From: an uncultured Candidatus Saccharibacteria bacterium
Lineage (GTDB): Bacteria; Patescibacteriota; Minisyncoccia; Phycocordibacterales; Phycocordibacteraceae
Direction: 5' to 3'
DNA length: 43,238 nt
NCBI GenBank assembly: GCA_964457265.1
Contig: CAYWEI010000001.1
Coordinates: 1-43,238, forward strand
The notes beneath the pieces were generated by a model. That model saw only the letters and a list, made by a program, of their open reading frames with translations. It was not told the DNA's origin and made no database searches. A program made the translations under genes and the position numbers. This document shows positions 8,565-18,172 of the stretch, piece by piece; position 1 is the stretch's first letter, and each line of letters opens with the position of its first letter.

Positions 8565-11228
8565 ATGGAACCGATCATCTGGCACGCACTTTCCCCCGAC
8601 GCAGTCTCGAAGCGGCTCAACGTCGACCCCGCGCGCGGGCTCTCGCGCGAAGAAGCGGTCCGCAAGCTCCAGATAGGGGGGAATACGCTCCCCGAACCCG
8701 TACGAGACAGCTTTCTCATGCGGCTCCTTTCGCAGTTCGCAAGCCCCATAACGTTCGTGCTGGTGCTCGCTGCCTTGGCGACGGTATTCCTGGCTCACTA
8801 CACGGATGCCGCCGTCATCGCCGTGGCGCTTCTCGTGAATATCGTGATGGGCATGGTTCAGGAAGGGCGCGCATCCCGCGCCTTCGAGGCCCTTAAGAGC
8901 GGCGAAGCGAAGTTCGCCGTCGTGTTCCGCGACGGCGAACCGCTCAAGGTATCGGCCGATGAGCTCGTGCCCGGCGATCTCGTGACCTTGAGCGCAGGCA
9001 GCGCCGTCCCTGCCGATCTCCGTCTTATCGAGGTACACGGGCTGTCTATAAACGAATCAGCGCTTTCCGGAGAATGGATCGCGGTCGAGAAGGATACGGA
9101 CTCCGCTCCCGAAGGCGCTCCGCTCGTGGAGCGCAGCGGCATGGCGTATGCAGGGACCCTGGTCGCCGCCGGCGCCGGCAAAGGCATCGTGGTCGCCACG
9201 GGCAGCGGAACCGAGATCGGCAGCATCGCTCTTGAGCTCGGGAAGAAGGATGAGTCGGTGACGCCGCTCATGCGCGATATCCGCCAGGTGGCGCGGTTCA
9301 TCCTCATAGCGGTTGCGTTCGTGATGCTCGTCGTGATAGGGCTAGGCATATTCAGGGGACTTTCGTTCGAGGAGACGCTGTTTACTGCGATCGCGCTCGC
9401 GGTCGCGAGCGTGCCGGAAGGCCTTCCGGCTGCAGTGACCGTGGTGCTCGCGCTCGGGATGGAACGGATCCTCAAGAAGGGCGGGCTGGTGCGCAACCTG
9501 CTTGCGGCCGAGACTCTCGGGACTACCAGCATCATCCTTACTGATAAGACAGGAACCCTTACGGAAGGCCGCATGACCCTCGAGTACATGGTCGGCATGA
9601 GTGCCACGCACAGCGAGGCGCGCGCGGGCGAGCCGCGCGAACTGCTGCGGGCCGCGATCATCGCGTCGAATGCCTATGTCGAAGAGCGTTCCGGCACGCC
9701 CGGCGATGATGAGAAGGTCATCGTCCATGGCCGGCCTATCGAGCAGGCGATCGTGCTCGCCGGCCTTAAGAACGGCATCGCGCAGCAGGCATGCCTGATC
9801 GAGCGGCCTCGCGTGGACGAGCTGCATTTCGATTCCACGCGCCGCTTCGGAGGCATGCTCGTATCGGAGGATAGCGAGAAGCATATAGCGTATCTGACCG
9901 GCGCTCCGGAACTCATCATAAGCTCGGTCGGAAAGGTCGTCGGCGCGGAAGGAGAGGAGCATGAGCTTACGAATACTGACAGGGTCTACTTCGCGAATGC
10001 GCTCGCGATGGCAGCTAAGGAAGGGAAACGGGTCATCGCGGTAGCGCGCGTGGCGACGGAGCACCCGGCATTCCCCCAGGAAGATGCCCTCTCCGGATTC
10101 CTTGCCGGAGGGACGCTGCTCGGACTGCTCGTGTTCTCGGACATCATCCGTCCGGAAGCCAAGCTCGCGATACAGGATATGCACGAGGCCGGCGCACGCG
10201 TGCTCATGCTCACCGGGGACAATCCGGAGACTGCGTTTTCCATCGCGAGGACAGTAGGGATCGCAGATGCGCAAGACCGCGCGTATACGGGCGCGGAGCT
10301 CTCGGGTCTCACGGACGATGATCTGCTCCAGGTGCTCCGCGACCATACGGTGTTCGCGCGGGTCGCTCCTGCCGATAAGCTGCGCATCGCTGAGGTGCTC
10401 AAGAAAGCCGGCGAAGTAGTCGCCATGACCGGAGACGGAGTGAATGACGCTCCCGCGCTCCGCGCTGCCGCTATCGGTATCGCGCTCGGTTCGGGCACGG
10501 ACGTGGCCAAGGAGGCTTCCGATCTGGTGCTGCTCGATAACGGATTCTCGGTGATCACGGCCGCTATCCGCGAAGGCCGCCGCCTGCGTGATAATTTCAA
10601 GAAGATATTCGCGTACATGCTCTCGACGAACTTCAGCGAGGTGGCGCTGATAACTTTCTCGCTCATCATGGGCTTGCCGCTCCCGATACTCCCGACGCAG
10701 ATCCTGTGGTCCAATCTCGTGGAAGGCGGGCTCATGAATTTCGCGTTCGCGTTCGAGCCGCTCTATCCGGCGGCCATGAAGCGCAAGCCGCAGGACCCTG
10801 AGGTCGCGCGCGTGCTCTCGCCGAAGCTGATCAAGCTCATCGGGCTCGTGGGCACTATCACCTCGGTGCTCCTCATCGGCATGTATCTCATCCTGCTGCG
10901 CCTCGGCCTCCCGATCGAAGAGGTCCAGACGCTCATGTTCGTGGCGGTCTCGGTTAACTGCATCTTCATGGCCTTCTCGATGAAGAGCCTGTCGACGCCG
11001 CTCTGGAAGCTCTCGTTCTTCTCGAACAAGTTCCTCATTTTCGCGCTCATCGGCAGCGCGCTGCTCTTGCTCGCCGCTCTCTATGTGCCCGTGCTGCAGG
11101 CTCTCGTGCATGTAACGCCGCCGTCGATGCTCCAGATGGGAATCTTCGTCGGGTTCGGTCTCGTGAATCTCATCACGATCGAAGCCGCTAAATGGCTGCT
11201 ATTCATCCGCTCGGCGCCTGAAGCCTGA
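8565..11228 (+). CDS. Cation-transporting P-type ATPase (type II, Ca2+/Mg2+-like)
   Basis: DKTGTLT, TGDN and GDGVNDAPAL motifs are present with an N-terminal cation-ATPase-N segment. The start is placed at MEPIIWHAL (ATG 8565). Confidence 0.9.
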   Translation: MEPIIWHALSPDAVSKRLNVDPARGLSREEAVRKLQIGGNTLPEPVRDSFLMRLLSQFASPITFVLVLAALATVFLAHYTDAAVIAVALLVNIVMGMVQEGRASRAFEALKSGEAKFAVVFRDGEPLKVSADELVPGDLVTLSAGSAVPADLRLIEVHGLSINESALSGEWIAVEKDTDSAPEGAPLVERSGMAYAGTLVAAGAGKGIVVATGSGTEIGSIALELGKKDESVTPLMRDIRQVARFILIAVAFVMLVVIGLGIFRGLSFEETLFTAIALAVASVPEGLPAAVTVVLALGMERILKKGGLVRNLLAAETLGTTSIILTDKTGTLTEGRMTLEYMVGMSATHSEARAGEPRELLRAAIIASNAYVEERSGTPGDDEKVIVHGRPIEQAIVLAGLKNGIAQQACLIERPRVDELHFDSTRRFGGMLVSEDSEKHIAYLTGAPELIISSVGKVVGAEGEEHELTNTDRVYFANALAMAAKEGKRVIAVARVATEHPAFPQEDALSGFLAGGTLLGLLVFSDIIRPEAKLAIQDMHEAGARVLMLTGDNPETAFSIARTVGIADAQDRAYTGAELSGLTDDDLLQVLRDHTVFARVAPADKLRIAEVLKKAGEVVAMTGDGVNDAPALRAAAIGIALGSGTDVAKEASDLVLLDNGFSVITAAIREGRRLRDNFKKIFAYMLSTNFSEVALITFSLIMGLPLPILPTQILWSNLVEGGLMNFAFAFEPLYPAAMKRKPQDPEVARVLSPKLIKLIGLVGTITSVLLIGMYLILLRLGLPIEEVQTLMFVAVSVNCIFMAFSMKSLSTPLWKLSFFSNKFLIFALIGSALLLLAALYVPVLQALVHVTPPSMLQMGIFVGFGLVNLITIEAAKWLLFIRSAPEA

Positions 11229-11247
11229 TTGGTATACTAAGGTCACT

Positions 11248-12327
11248 ATGGATATCCTTACCGTCGCGATAGTCGTGCTCGTGCTCATCTTTGCCCAGGG
11301 CGTCGGCCTCTGGCTGGTGTTCCGCAGGCGCGAGAACGCGCTTCCGGCCAAAGACGATGGAGCAGGGCTCCTGCTCATCCAGAAGCAGATGGAGAACCTG
11401 GAGCGGGCGCTCGATACCCGCATGTCGGAATCCGCGCGCCAGATGCATGACACGATGCGGAGCCAGAACGAGAGCATGCGGAGCGCCAATAGCGATACGG
11501 CTCAGCTCATCCGCGAGATAACGACCGAGATCACCTCGGTCAAGGAGATCGGACGGGAGACCGGCAAATTCGCCGAGCAGCTGAAGAGCCTCCAGGATAT
11601 CCTCAAGAACCCTAAGCAGCGCGGCATCCTGGGCGAGTATTACCTCGAGACCGTCCTTAAGAACGTGCTCCCGCCCGGCATGTTCCAGATGCAGTATCCC
11701 TTCACGAACGGGGAGATCGTGGACGCGGCCGTATTCGTGAATGACAAGATAGTGCCGATCGATTCGAAGTTCTCGCTCGATAACTACAATCGGTTCGTGC
11801 ACGCGGAAGGTACCGAGCGAATAACGCTCGAAAAGGCGTTCGTGAACGATCTCAAGCTCCGTATCTCAGAGACCGCTAAATATATCCGCCCCGAAGAGAA
11901 CACCATGGATTTCGCGTTCATGTTCATACCGTCCGAGGGCATCTATTACGATCTGCTCACGAACCAGGTGGGGGCAGGGGAGGACGAGAACCTCATCCAG
12001 CGGGCCGCATCCAAGTACAAGGTCATCATCGTGTCACCGACCTCCTTCCTCGCGTATCTCCAGACGGTCATGCAGGGCCTGAAGGCGCTCCAGATCGAGA
12101 AGCAGGCCGAAGAGATCCAGAAGCGCGTGGGCGAGCTCGGGAAGCACCTAGGAGCCTATGAGGAGTTCTATAAGAAGCTCGGCGTCTCGCTCGGTACTGC
12201 CGTCTCTCATTACAATGCCGGGTATAAGGAGCTCGGGAAGGTGGACAAGGACGTCTACCGCATCGCGCAGGAGAAGATCGGCATCGATATCGCTCTGCTG
12301 GATAAGCCGGGGGCACAGGAAGAGTAG
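11248..12327 (+). CDS. rmuC: DNA recombination protein RmuC
   Basis: N-terminal TM segment, coiled coil, then the RmuC core QRGILGEYYLETVL..VDAAV..IPIDSKF. Confidence 0.85.
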   Translation: MDILTVAIVVLVLIFAQGVGLWLVFRRRENALPAKDDGAGLLLIQKQMENLERALDTRMSESARQMHDTMRSQNESMRSANSDTAQLIREITTEITSVKEIGRETGKFAEQLKSLQDILKNPKQRGILGEYYLETVLKNVLPPGMFQMQYPFTNGEIVDAAVFVNDKIVPIDSKFSLDNYNRFVHAEGTERITLEKAFVNDLKLRISETAKYIRPEENTMDFAFMFIPSEGIYYDLLTNQVGAGEDENLIQRAASKYKVIIVSPTSFLAYLQTVMQGLKALQIEKQAEEIQKRVGELGKHLGAYEEFYKKLGVSLGTAVSHYNAGYKELGKVDKDVYRIAQEKIGIDIALLDKPGAQEE

Positions 12328-12381
12328 AGGAGTATACTGGTCGGCAGGCGTTCTCTATCAGGGCGTCAGAAAGGGGAGGAT

Positions 12382-12642
12382 ATGAAAAAGGAGATCTCGA
12401 TAGAACAGGCTCTGTGGAATCTGGTCGTAATCGCCGTTCTCTTGTTCCTGGCGGCCATGGTGCTCGGGTTCTTCTACCTCAAGCATCGGTCAGATTCGGC
12501 GCTGTACGCACGGTCTCTCGAGTCCGTCGCGGCTGAGCAGACTGAAGAGCTCCGCATGAAGCGGGTACGTAAGCCGGCTATCTGCGTGACTATCACCGGG
12601 AAGGTGGTTCGCGTCGGGAAGAGCTGCGGCGTGAGAGTATAA
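12382..12642 (+). CDS. Small membrane protein, hypothetical
   Basis: GGGGAGGA SD upstream and one TM segment (LWNLVVIAVLLFLAAMVLGFFYL). Confidence 0.5.
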   Translation: MKKEISIEQALWNLVVIAVLLFLAAMVLGFFYLKHRSDSALYARSLESVAAEQTEELRMKRVRKPAICVTITGKVVRVGKSCGVRV

Positions 12643-12645
12643 GAA

Positions 12646-12676
12646 GGCCGCCTGGTTCAACCTGGCGGCCGTTTTC
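12646..12676 (+). terminator. Intrinsic terminator
   Basis: ggccgcc...ggcggcc stem followed by gttttctgct. Confidence 0.55.
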
Positions 12677-12750
12677 TGCTCCCGGTCCGGATAGCCGGGG
12701 TGCGGCCGGATACTTGCTTTTTAGCCCAAACCCTTTACTATAGGCCTATT

Positions 12751-13083
12751 ATGGAACTCGCAGTTATAAAGACAGGAGGAAAGCAGTATGTGGTGTCTCC
12801 AGGCGCTCTCGTTACCATAGAGAAGCTCGGCCGTGGGGAGGCTACTCTCGACCTCAAGAAGGGCGACAAGGTCACGTTCGACCAGGTGCTCATGACAGAT
12901 GACGGAACGACCGCTACGGTCGGAACCCCGATGCTCGCAGGCAAGATCGTGACGGGCACCGTCCAGATCGTGGGCCGCGCGAAGAAGGTAGAGGTGGTCA
13001 AGTACAAGGCTAAGAGCCGCTATCTCAAGCGCCGCGGACATCGTCAGCCGCACATCAAGGTTAAGATCGATACGATCTCCTAA
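12751..13083 (+). CDS. rplU: 50S ribosomal protein L21
   Basis: MELAVIKTGGKQYVVSPG...KYKAKSRYLKRRGHRQPHIKVKI. Confidence 0.9.
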   Translation: MELAVIKTGGKQYVVSPGALVTIEKLGRGEATLDLKKGDKVTFDQVLMTDDGTTATVGTPMLAGKIVTGTVQIVGRAKKVEVVKYKAKSRYLKRRGHRQPHIKVKIDTIS

Positions 13084-13091
13084 GAAGATTG

Positions 13092-13120
13092 AGACCCGGC
13101 CTTAAGGCCGGGTCTTGTCG
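13092..13120 (+). terminator. Intrinsic terminator after rplU
   Basis: agacccggcc-ttaa-ggccgggtct, a perfect 10-bp stem, followed by tgtcgttt. Confidence 0.7.
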
Positions 13121-13176
13121 TTTCCGGTAGAGCAGTGGTACCGTGCTATAGAACAGCAAGCATAAGGAGTTGTTCG

Positions 13177-13428
13177 ATGCCGCAGTTCCTCGTTGAAATG
13201 ATCGATCCCAGTCCAGGGAAGAATAAGACGCTCGCTCGGAAGCTCGTCACCGGCGAGCTTCCGAAACCTGGCGCCTCTTTCCGGCTCGAAGGGATCGGTA
13301 TGATCATCGCCCAAGAGGTCGAAGAGGCCTCAGGGTCCCGGAAGGCCATCGTCACGGTCCACGTCGTTCGCAAGATCGCTGACCAAGCTATCATGAAGCA
13401 CGGCTGGTCTGCGCTAGCGATGAACTAG
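13177..13428 (+). CDS. Hypothetical protein (83 aa)
   Basis: AAGGAG SD lies 7 nt before ATG 13177 (MPQFLVEMID). Confidence 0.5.
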   Translation: MPQFLVEMIDPSPGKNKTLARKLVTGELPKPGASFRLEGIGMIIAQEVEEASGSRKAIVTVHVVRKIADQAIMKHGWSALAMN

Positions 13429-13441
13429 CCGTGCCCAAGAG

Positions 13442-13475
13442 TCCCGGAGAGGCAAGCGCTTCTCCGGGATTTTTT
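13442..13475. terminator. Intrinsic terminator between convergent genes
   Basis: cccggaga...tctccggg stem followed by a tttttt tract. Confidence 0.65.
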
Positions 13476-13517
13476 ATTGCCACTAAGCGTAAGGTCCGTC
13501 CTTGCGCAGATGCTGCT

Positions 13518-14123
13518 CTAAGTTTCCTTCCGGTTCTGGAGCGCTGCCGAGAGGGTGGTGGAGTCGGCGTACTCGAGCTCAGCGCCTGTGGAAAGGCCTC
13601 GACCGAGCTCAGAAAGAAGAAGGGAGCCGCGGAGAGGCTGAAGCACTTCGCGGATGCGGTCCGCGGTGTGCTCGCCCTCGCTCGTAGCCGAGAGCGCGAG
13701 TACTATCTCACGCAGGCCTTCGCGGCTCTTAATCTCGACGACGCGGATGAGGTCATGCTCCCGGATGACTCCTTTGCCGGAGAGCGTGAGGACGCCGCCG
13801 AGCACGAAGTAACGGCCGCGATAGGTCCCGGCGCGCTCCACGGCGGCCAGGTCCTGGTCCTTCTCGACGAGCATGAGGAGGGAGTCGTCGCGGGACGGGT
13901 CGGCGCAATAATTGCAGAGGCCGTCCGCATTCGCGGCTGCGAAGCGCATGCACATCTGGCACTGGCGTATATCGGCGCCGATATTGAGGATGAGATCGGA
14001 GAGACGCGCCCGGTCCGAGGGCGTGACCGCGAGCAGGTGGTAGACGAAGCGCTTGGCCTGCCTCGGTCCGATGCCGGGGAAGCGGGTGAAGGCAGCGGTG
14101 AGGTCTTCTATGCGGTCTCTCAT
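13518..14123 (-). CDS. recR: Recombination protein RecR
   Basis: HhH FPGIGPRQAKRFVYHLL, C4 zinc finger CQMC..CNYC, and a Toprim region. The start is placed at MRDRIEDL, because the longer track ORF runs through a structured inverted repeat. Confidence 0.9.
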   Translation of the reverse strand: MRDRIEDLTAAFTRFPGIGPRQAKRFVYHLLAVTPSDRARLSDLILNIGADIRQCQMCMRFAAANADGLCNYCADPSRDDSLLMLVEKDQDLAAVERAGTYRGRYFVLGGVLTLSGKGVIREHDLIRVVEIKSREGLREIVLALSATSEGEHTADRIREVLQPLRGSLLLSELGRGLSTGAELEYADSTTLSAALQNRKET

Positions 14124-14142
14124 AGGACGGGTATTGAAACTC

Positions 14143-14249
14143 GGAGAGGCAGTACGATTTTGGAGTACGGAATATTTCTCTGCTGAGAAATTTCCTCCTG
14201 CTCGGACCGTCGTCCTGCGCAGAGCCTCCAAAATTCGTACTGCCTCTCC
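14143..14249. repeat. Nested inverted repeat: outer ~23-bp arms plus an inner ~11-bp hairpin
   Basis: ggagaggcagtacgattttggag (14143-14165) pairs with ctccaaaattcgtactgcctctcc (14226-14249). The inner hairpin is ggaatatttctc-tgct-gagaaatttcc. Confidence 0.6.
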
Positions 14250-14278
14250 TCGTTTCTTGCGTGAGTCGGGATCATAGA

Positions 14279-15637
14279 CTAGAACTCGTTAGCGAGATCG
14301 CCGTAGCCGGCCTTATCGATAGACATGAAGGAGGTCCGCTTCTGGTCGAACATGAGGTCTACTTTGCCGGTAGGGCCGTTACGGTGCTTCTCGATGAGGA
14401 TCTCAGCGATGTTCTGGCGCTCGCTCTCAGGGTTGTTCTTATCCTCGCGATGGATGAACATGACGACGTCGGCGTCCTGCTCGATGGAACCGGAGTCGCG
14501 GAGGTCGGAGAGGCGCGGCTTTCCTCCGCGCTGCTCGACGGCACGGGAGAGCTGGGAAAGGGCGAGGACCGGCACATCGAGCTCGCGGGCGAGCTGCTTC
14601 AGGGAGCGGGAGATCTCGGTGACCTGCTGGACCATCGAGTCGGAGTTCTTGGTGCTCGTAGGCGACATGAGCTGGAGGTAGTCCACGATGATGAGGCCGA
14701 TGCCTTGCTCGCGCTTCAGGCGGCGCGCCACGGCACGCATGGCGAGGATATTGTTGCCGGGCTTGTCATCGATATAGATAGGGGCCTTGGAGAGGGTCTC
14801 GAGCGCATCCCTGATCTTGGCGAAGTCCTCGTCTGCACGCACGGCTCCGGTGCGGATCTTCCAGGAGTCGACGAAGGCTTCTGCAGAAAGCATACGATCG
14901 ATGATCTGATCCGAACTCATCTCGAGCGAGAAGATGCCGACGGGCACGTTGTGCTGCACGGCCGCGTTGCGAGCGATGTCGAGCGCGAACGAGGTCTTAC
15001 CGACCGATGGGCGAGCGGCCAGGATGATGAGGTCTGATTTATGGAAACCGGAGAGGAGATTATCGAGCTCGGGGAATCCGGTCGGCGTGCCGCGGATAGC
15101 GCCGTCGTTCTTCGAGAGCTGCTCGATGCGGTCCCAAGTCTCATCTACCTTGTCCTTGATGGCGACGAACTTATGCGCTGCGGTGGCATTGCTTATGGCA
15201 TAGATGGACTTCTCCGCGTGATCGAGGACCTCTACTGAATCGCGGGATTCGTCGTAGGCGAGCTCGGTGATCTCATGAGAGGTGTCGATGAGGGAGCGCA
15301 TGAGGTGCTTGCGGGAGACGAGCTCCGCGTAGTGCGCGAAGTTGCCAGGAGTCGGCGCGTTGCCCGCGAGCTCTGCGATGTATGCGCGGCCGCCCACGCG
15401 CTCGAGCGTGCCTTTGCCGGAAAGCCGTTCTCCTATCGAGAGGATATCGATAGGCTCGCCGCGCTCGGTGAGCTCGCGCATGCACTCGAAGATAGCCTTG
15501 TGCTTGTCGGCATAGAACGAATCAGGCCGGACGAGGTCGGAAATATCGTGAAGCGCGTCAGGCTTAAGGAGGAGGGCACCCAGAAGCGCCCGCTCGGCAT
15601 CGAGGCTCTGGGGCGGTACGCGCATGACGGTGTCCAT
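14279..15637 (-). CDS. dnaB: Replicative DNA helicase DnaB
   Basis: PPQSLDAERALLGALLL at the N-terminus and Walker A ARPSVGKTSF. At 452 aa there is no intein insertion. Confidence 0.95.
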   Translation of the reverse strand: MDTVMRVPPQSLDAERALLGALLLKPDALHDISDLVRPDSFYADKHKAIFECMRELTERGEPIDILSIGERLSGKGTLERVGGRAYIAELAGNAPTPGNFAHYAELVSRKHLMRSLIDTSHEITELAYDESRDSVEVLDHAEKSIYAISNATAAHKFVAIKDKVDETWDRIEQLSKNDGAIRGTPTGFPELDNLLSGFHKSDLIILAARPSVGKTSFALDIARNAAVQHNVPVGIFSLEMSSDQIIDRMLSAEAFVDSWKIRTGAVRADEDFAKIRDALETLSKAPIYIDDKPGNNILAMRAVARRLKREQGIGLIIVDYLQLMSPTSTKNSDSMVQQVTEISRSLKQLARELDVPVLALSQLSRAVEQRGGKPRLSDLRDSGSIEQDADVVMFIHREDKNNPESERQNIAEILIEKHRNGPTGKVDLMFDQKRTSFMSIDKAGYGDLANEF

Positions 15638-15648
15638 TACCGTCTATT

Positions 15649-17124
15649 CTATCTTCCTTCCTTCCGGGTGACTATGGCTCCGTCCGGGCCGTCTTCCACA
15701 AGATATCCACTGCTCGCTATGTGGACACGCAGCGCATCGGATCTGGCGAAGTCCCCGTTCTGGCGGGCGATCTCGCGCTCATGAACGAGCGCCTGTATAG
15801 GCGAGGGGATTTCTACGGAGACTTTCGCCTGACCTCCGGAAAGCAGATCGAGGCCGAGCACGCTATCCGCGGTCTCGATTACGGCGAGCTGTTCTGCGCG
15901 GTCCATATCCTCGTCGCGTACGGTCTCCCAGAGAAGGGCGAGCGCCTGGGGAGTCGCGAGATCGTCGTGAAGCAGTGCGAGCATGCGACGGCTGGTGTCT
16001 GATACTTTCGTACGGCCCCGAGCTTCTGCCTTTATCTTTTCGGCCAGCCGGTAGAGGCGGGTGAGCGCGCCGTTGGCAGCTTCGAGTGCCTCCCAGGTGA
16101 ATGAGACCTGCGTGCGATAGTGGGCCTGCAGGAAGAAATAACGGAGCGCGAGGGGGCGGTACCCGCGCTCGATGATGTCGGAAAGATAGACGTCGTTTCC
16201 GAGAGACTTCGAGATCTTCTCGTCCGCGACGTTCACGAATGCCTCGTGCATCCAGAAGCGGGCGAGCGGCTTACCGTTCGCGCTTTCGGATTGCGCGATC
16301 TCATTATTGTGATGGACGGGAATGTGGTCGATGCCGCCGGTATGGATATCGAGCTCGACGCCGAGCAGCGCCTTCGCCATAGCGGAGCATTCGATATGCC
16401 AGCCCGGGAAGCCGAGTCCCCAAGGAGAGGACCATTCCTGCTCGCGCTTCACTCCCGGAGGGGTAAGCTTCCAGAGCGCGAAGTCCGCGGGCTGACGCTT
16501 CTCCTTATTCTCGGTTATCCGCCGGCCGATTCCTGCCAGCGCTTCCTCGCGTGAATGAAGGGGAGAGATATTCCCGAGCTTCCCATAGGCTGCGAACTTG
16601 CTGGTATCGAAATAGATGCCATCGAGCGTCTTATACGTGTACCCGCGCTCTTCGAGCGCCTTCACCATCGCGATCTGCTCCTTTATGTAGTCGGTGGCTC
16701 GCGGGAAGCGTATCTCGCTCGTATCGAGGCCGATGGCTTCGATGTCGTCGAGGAACATCTTCGTATACCGTTCAGCTATATCTCCGGCGCGGAGCCCTTC
16801 GCGCTTGGCGCCTACTTCCATCTTGTCCTCGCCCTCGTCGCCGTCGCTCTGAAGATGGCCGACGTCGGTTATGTTGATGACGCGCTTCACGCGGTATCCG
16901 GCCTGGCTAAGGACGCGCGCGATAAGGTCCGCGAACAGGGGAGCCTTGAGGTTCCCGATGTGCTGCTTGCTGTACACGGTCGGTCCGCAGGAATACATGA
17001 GCACGGAGCCTGCGCGGAGCGGACTGAAAAGCTCGCGCTTTCCGGTGAGGGTGTTGGCGAAGAAGACGGGAGCGCCTCTTTTCGCTTCAGGCTTGGGAGC
17101 GAATAGAGTGGGGAGCCAGGACAT
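15649..17124 (-). CDS. cysS: Cysteine--tRNA ligase
   Basis: MYSCGPTVYSKQHIGN (HIGH region) and KISKSLGN (KMSKS). Confidence 0.95.
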   Translation of the reverse strand: MSWLPTLFAPKPEAKRGAPVFFANTLTGKRELFSPLRAGSVLMYSCGPTVYSKQHIGNLKAPLFADLIARVLSQAGYRVKRVINITDVGHLQSDGDEGEDKMEVGAKREGLRAGDIAERYTKMFLDDIEAIGLDTSEIRFPRATDYIKEQIAMVKALEERGYTYKTLDGIYFDTSKFAAYGKLGNISPLHSREEALAGIGRRITENKEKRQPADFALWKLTPPGVKREQEWSSPWGLGFPGWHIECSAMAKALLGVELDIHTGGIDHIPVHHNNEIAQSESANGKPLARFWMHEAFVNVADEKISKSLGNDVYLSDIIERGYRPLALRYFFLQAHYRTQVSFTWEALEAANGALTRLYRLAEKIKAEARGRTKVSDTSRRMLALLHDDLATPQALALLWETVRDEDMDRAEQLAVIETADSVLGLDLLSGGQAKVSVEIPSPIQALVHEREIARQNGDFARSDALRVHIASSGYLVEDGPDGAIVTRKEGR

Positions 17125-17176
17125 GGAAGTATTCTACCGTATCGGAGCGAACGCATGATAGCCGGGAAGATCCCTG

Positions 17177-18094
17177 CTATATCCAGCGGTTCTTGCGAGC
17201 GATGAAGAGGAAGAGGAGGGCAGCGCCGAACATCAGGCCGGTGACGATCCAGAAATCTCCCGACTTGCCGATGATCGGCATATGGTCCGTCGCGTTCAGG
17301 GTGAAGATCGCGGCTACGAGCATCGGTGCGTAGCTTACGAATGAGAAGACAGTCAGGATCTGGATGATTCGATTCTGCGAGGCGGTGAGCAGCGAATCGT
17401 TCGTATTACGGAGTTCGCTCGCCATGGCACGGAGCGACGAGACGAGATCCGCGGCATGAGTACGCTCTGCTTCGATACGCGTCGCGTGCTCGTCGAAACG
17501 GGTACCGAAGAATGCGGGAGCACCGAGCATGGCGAGGAAATCCGCGAGAGGCTCCTTGTGACGGGCAAGCGCCGTCTCGAAGCGGAGAAGCACGCGGGTG
17601 CTCTCTGAGATCTTCCGGACCGCTGATCGCTCCTTGCGGGTGAATATGTCCCGCTCGATGCGCTCGAGCTTGCAGCCCGTCTGCTCGACCTCGTCGCTGA
17701 TGGCCCCATAGAGGCTATGCATCACGCGCGACAGGATCTCATCCGTCTTTATCTTTTTCGCGGTCCCGAGGAGCTCCTCCGCTTCGAATACCTTATGGAG
17801 GCTGTACAGCGGGTCGATCGTCTCATATCGCGCAGTGATCAGGAAATTCTTGCCGACGATGAAATCCACTTCTTGGATCCGCGTGCCGTCATCGCTGCCC
17901 GTGATAGGGAAATGCATGACCAGGTACGCGTAGCCCGGGAATGCTATGGCGAACGGGAAGGGGGTGGAAGTGGCGATCTCTTCCACGACACGCTCATCGA
18001 TCTCGAACTCCTCTATCACGTCGCGCACCTCTTCCCGCGTAGGCGACTCGAGATCGATCCATGTCACCGGACCGCGCGTATGTCGAATGATCAT
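17177..18094 (-). CDS. CorA-like divalent-cation transporter homolog with a non-canonical pore motif
   Basis: CorA-type architecture with two C-terminal TM segments. LTVFSFVSYAPMLVAAIFTLNATDHMPII aligns by eye to the CorA ...GIYGMNF..MPE region, but TLN replaces GMN. Confidence 0.65.
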   Translation of the reverse strand: MIIRHTRGPVTWIDLESPTREEVRDVIEEFEIDERVVEEIATSTPFPFAIAFPGYAYLVMHFPITGSDDGTRIQEVDFIVGKNFLITARYETIDPLYSLHKVFEAEELLGTAKKIKTDEILSRVMHSLYGAISDEVEQTGCKLERIERDIFTRKERSAVRKISESTRVLLRFETALARHKEPLADFLAMLGAPAFFGTRFDEHATRIEAERTHAADLVSSLRAMASELRNTNDSLLTASQNRIIQILTVFSFVSYAPMLVAAIFTLNATDHMPIIGKSGDFWIVTGLMFGAALLFLFIARKNRWI

Positions 18095-18172
18095 TGGATT
18101 CAGTATAGCGTGCGTGCGTAGCTGCCTTATCCTTCACGTGGGCATAAGAATCCTGCATGGTACAATTCATGC

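Noticed and set aside
9342-11111. 589-aa ORF on the minus strand inside the P-type ATPase gene. Similar long antisense ORFs occur at 40565-41716, 14261-15037, 26791-27624, 29303-30112, 34429-35184, 7563-8309, 13431-14186 and 11203-11802.
   Set aside because: Each lies opposite a gene with unmistakable family motifs. Their translations are R/E/D/H/G-rich and low in complexity, typical of stop-poor antisense frames in GC-rich DNA, and no motif was recognised.
14124-14231. N-terminal extension of RecR. Similar upstream extensions occur for LexA (28615-28776), L21 (12700-12750), the ATPase (8475-8564), the HAD protein (35756-35893) and the small secreted protein (31691-31867).
   Set aside because: Family N-termini begin at the internal Met. 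The extensions are not protein-like and cover structured or promoter-like DNA.
14279-15637. Checked dnaB for an intein and the whole window for recoded stops (UGA=Gly) or frameshifts
   Set aside because: DnaB is a normal 452 aa with contiguous motifs. All recognisable genes are uninterrupted under the standard bacterial code.
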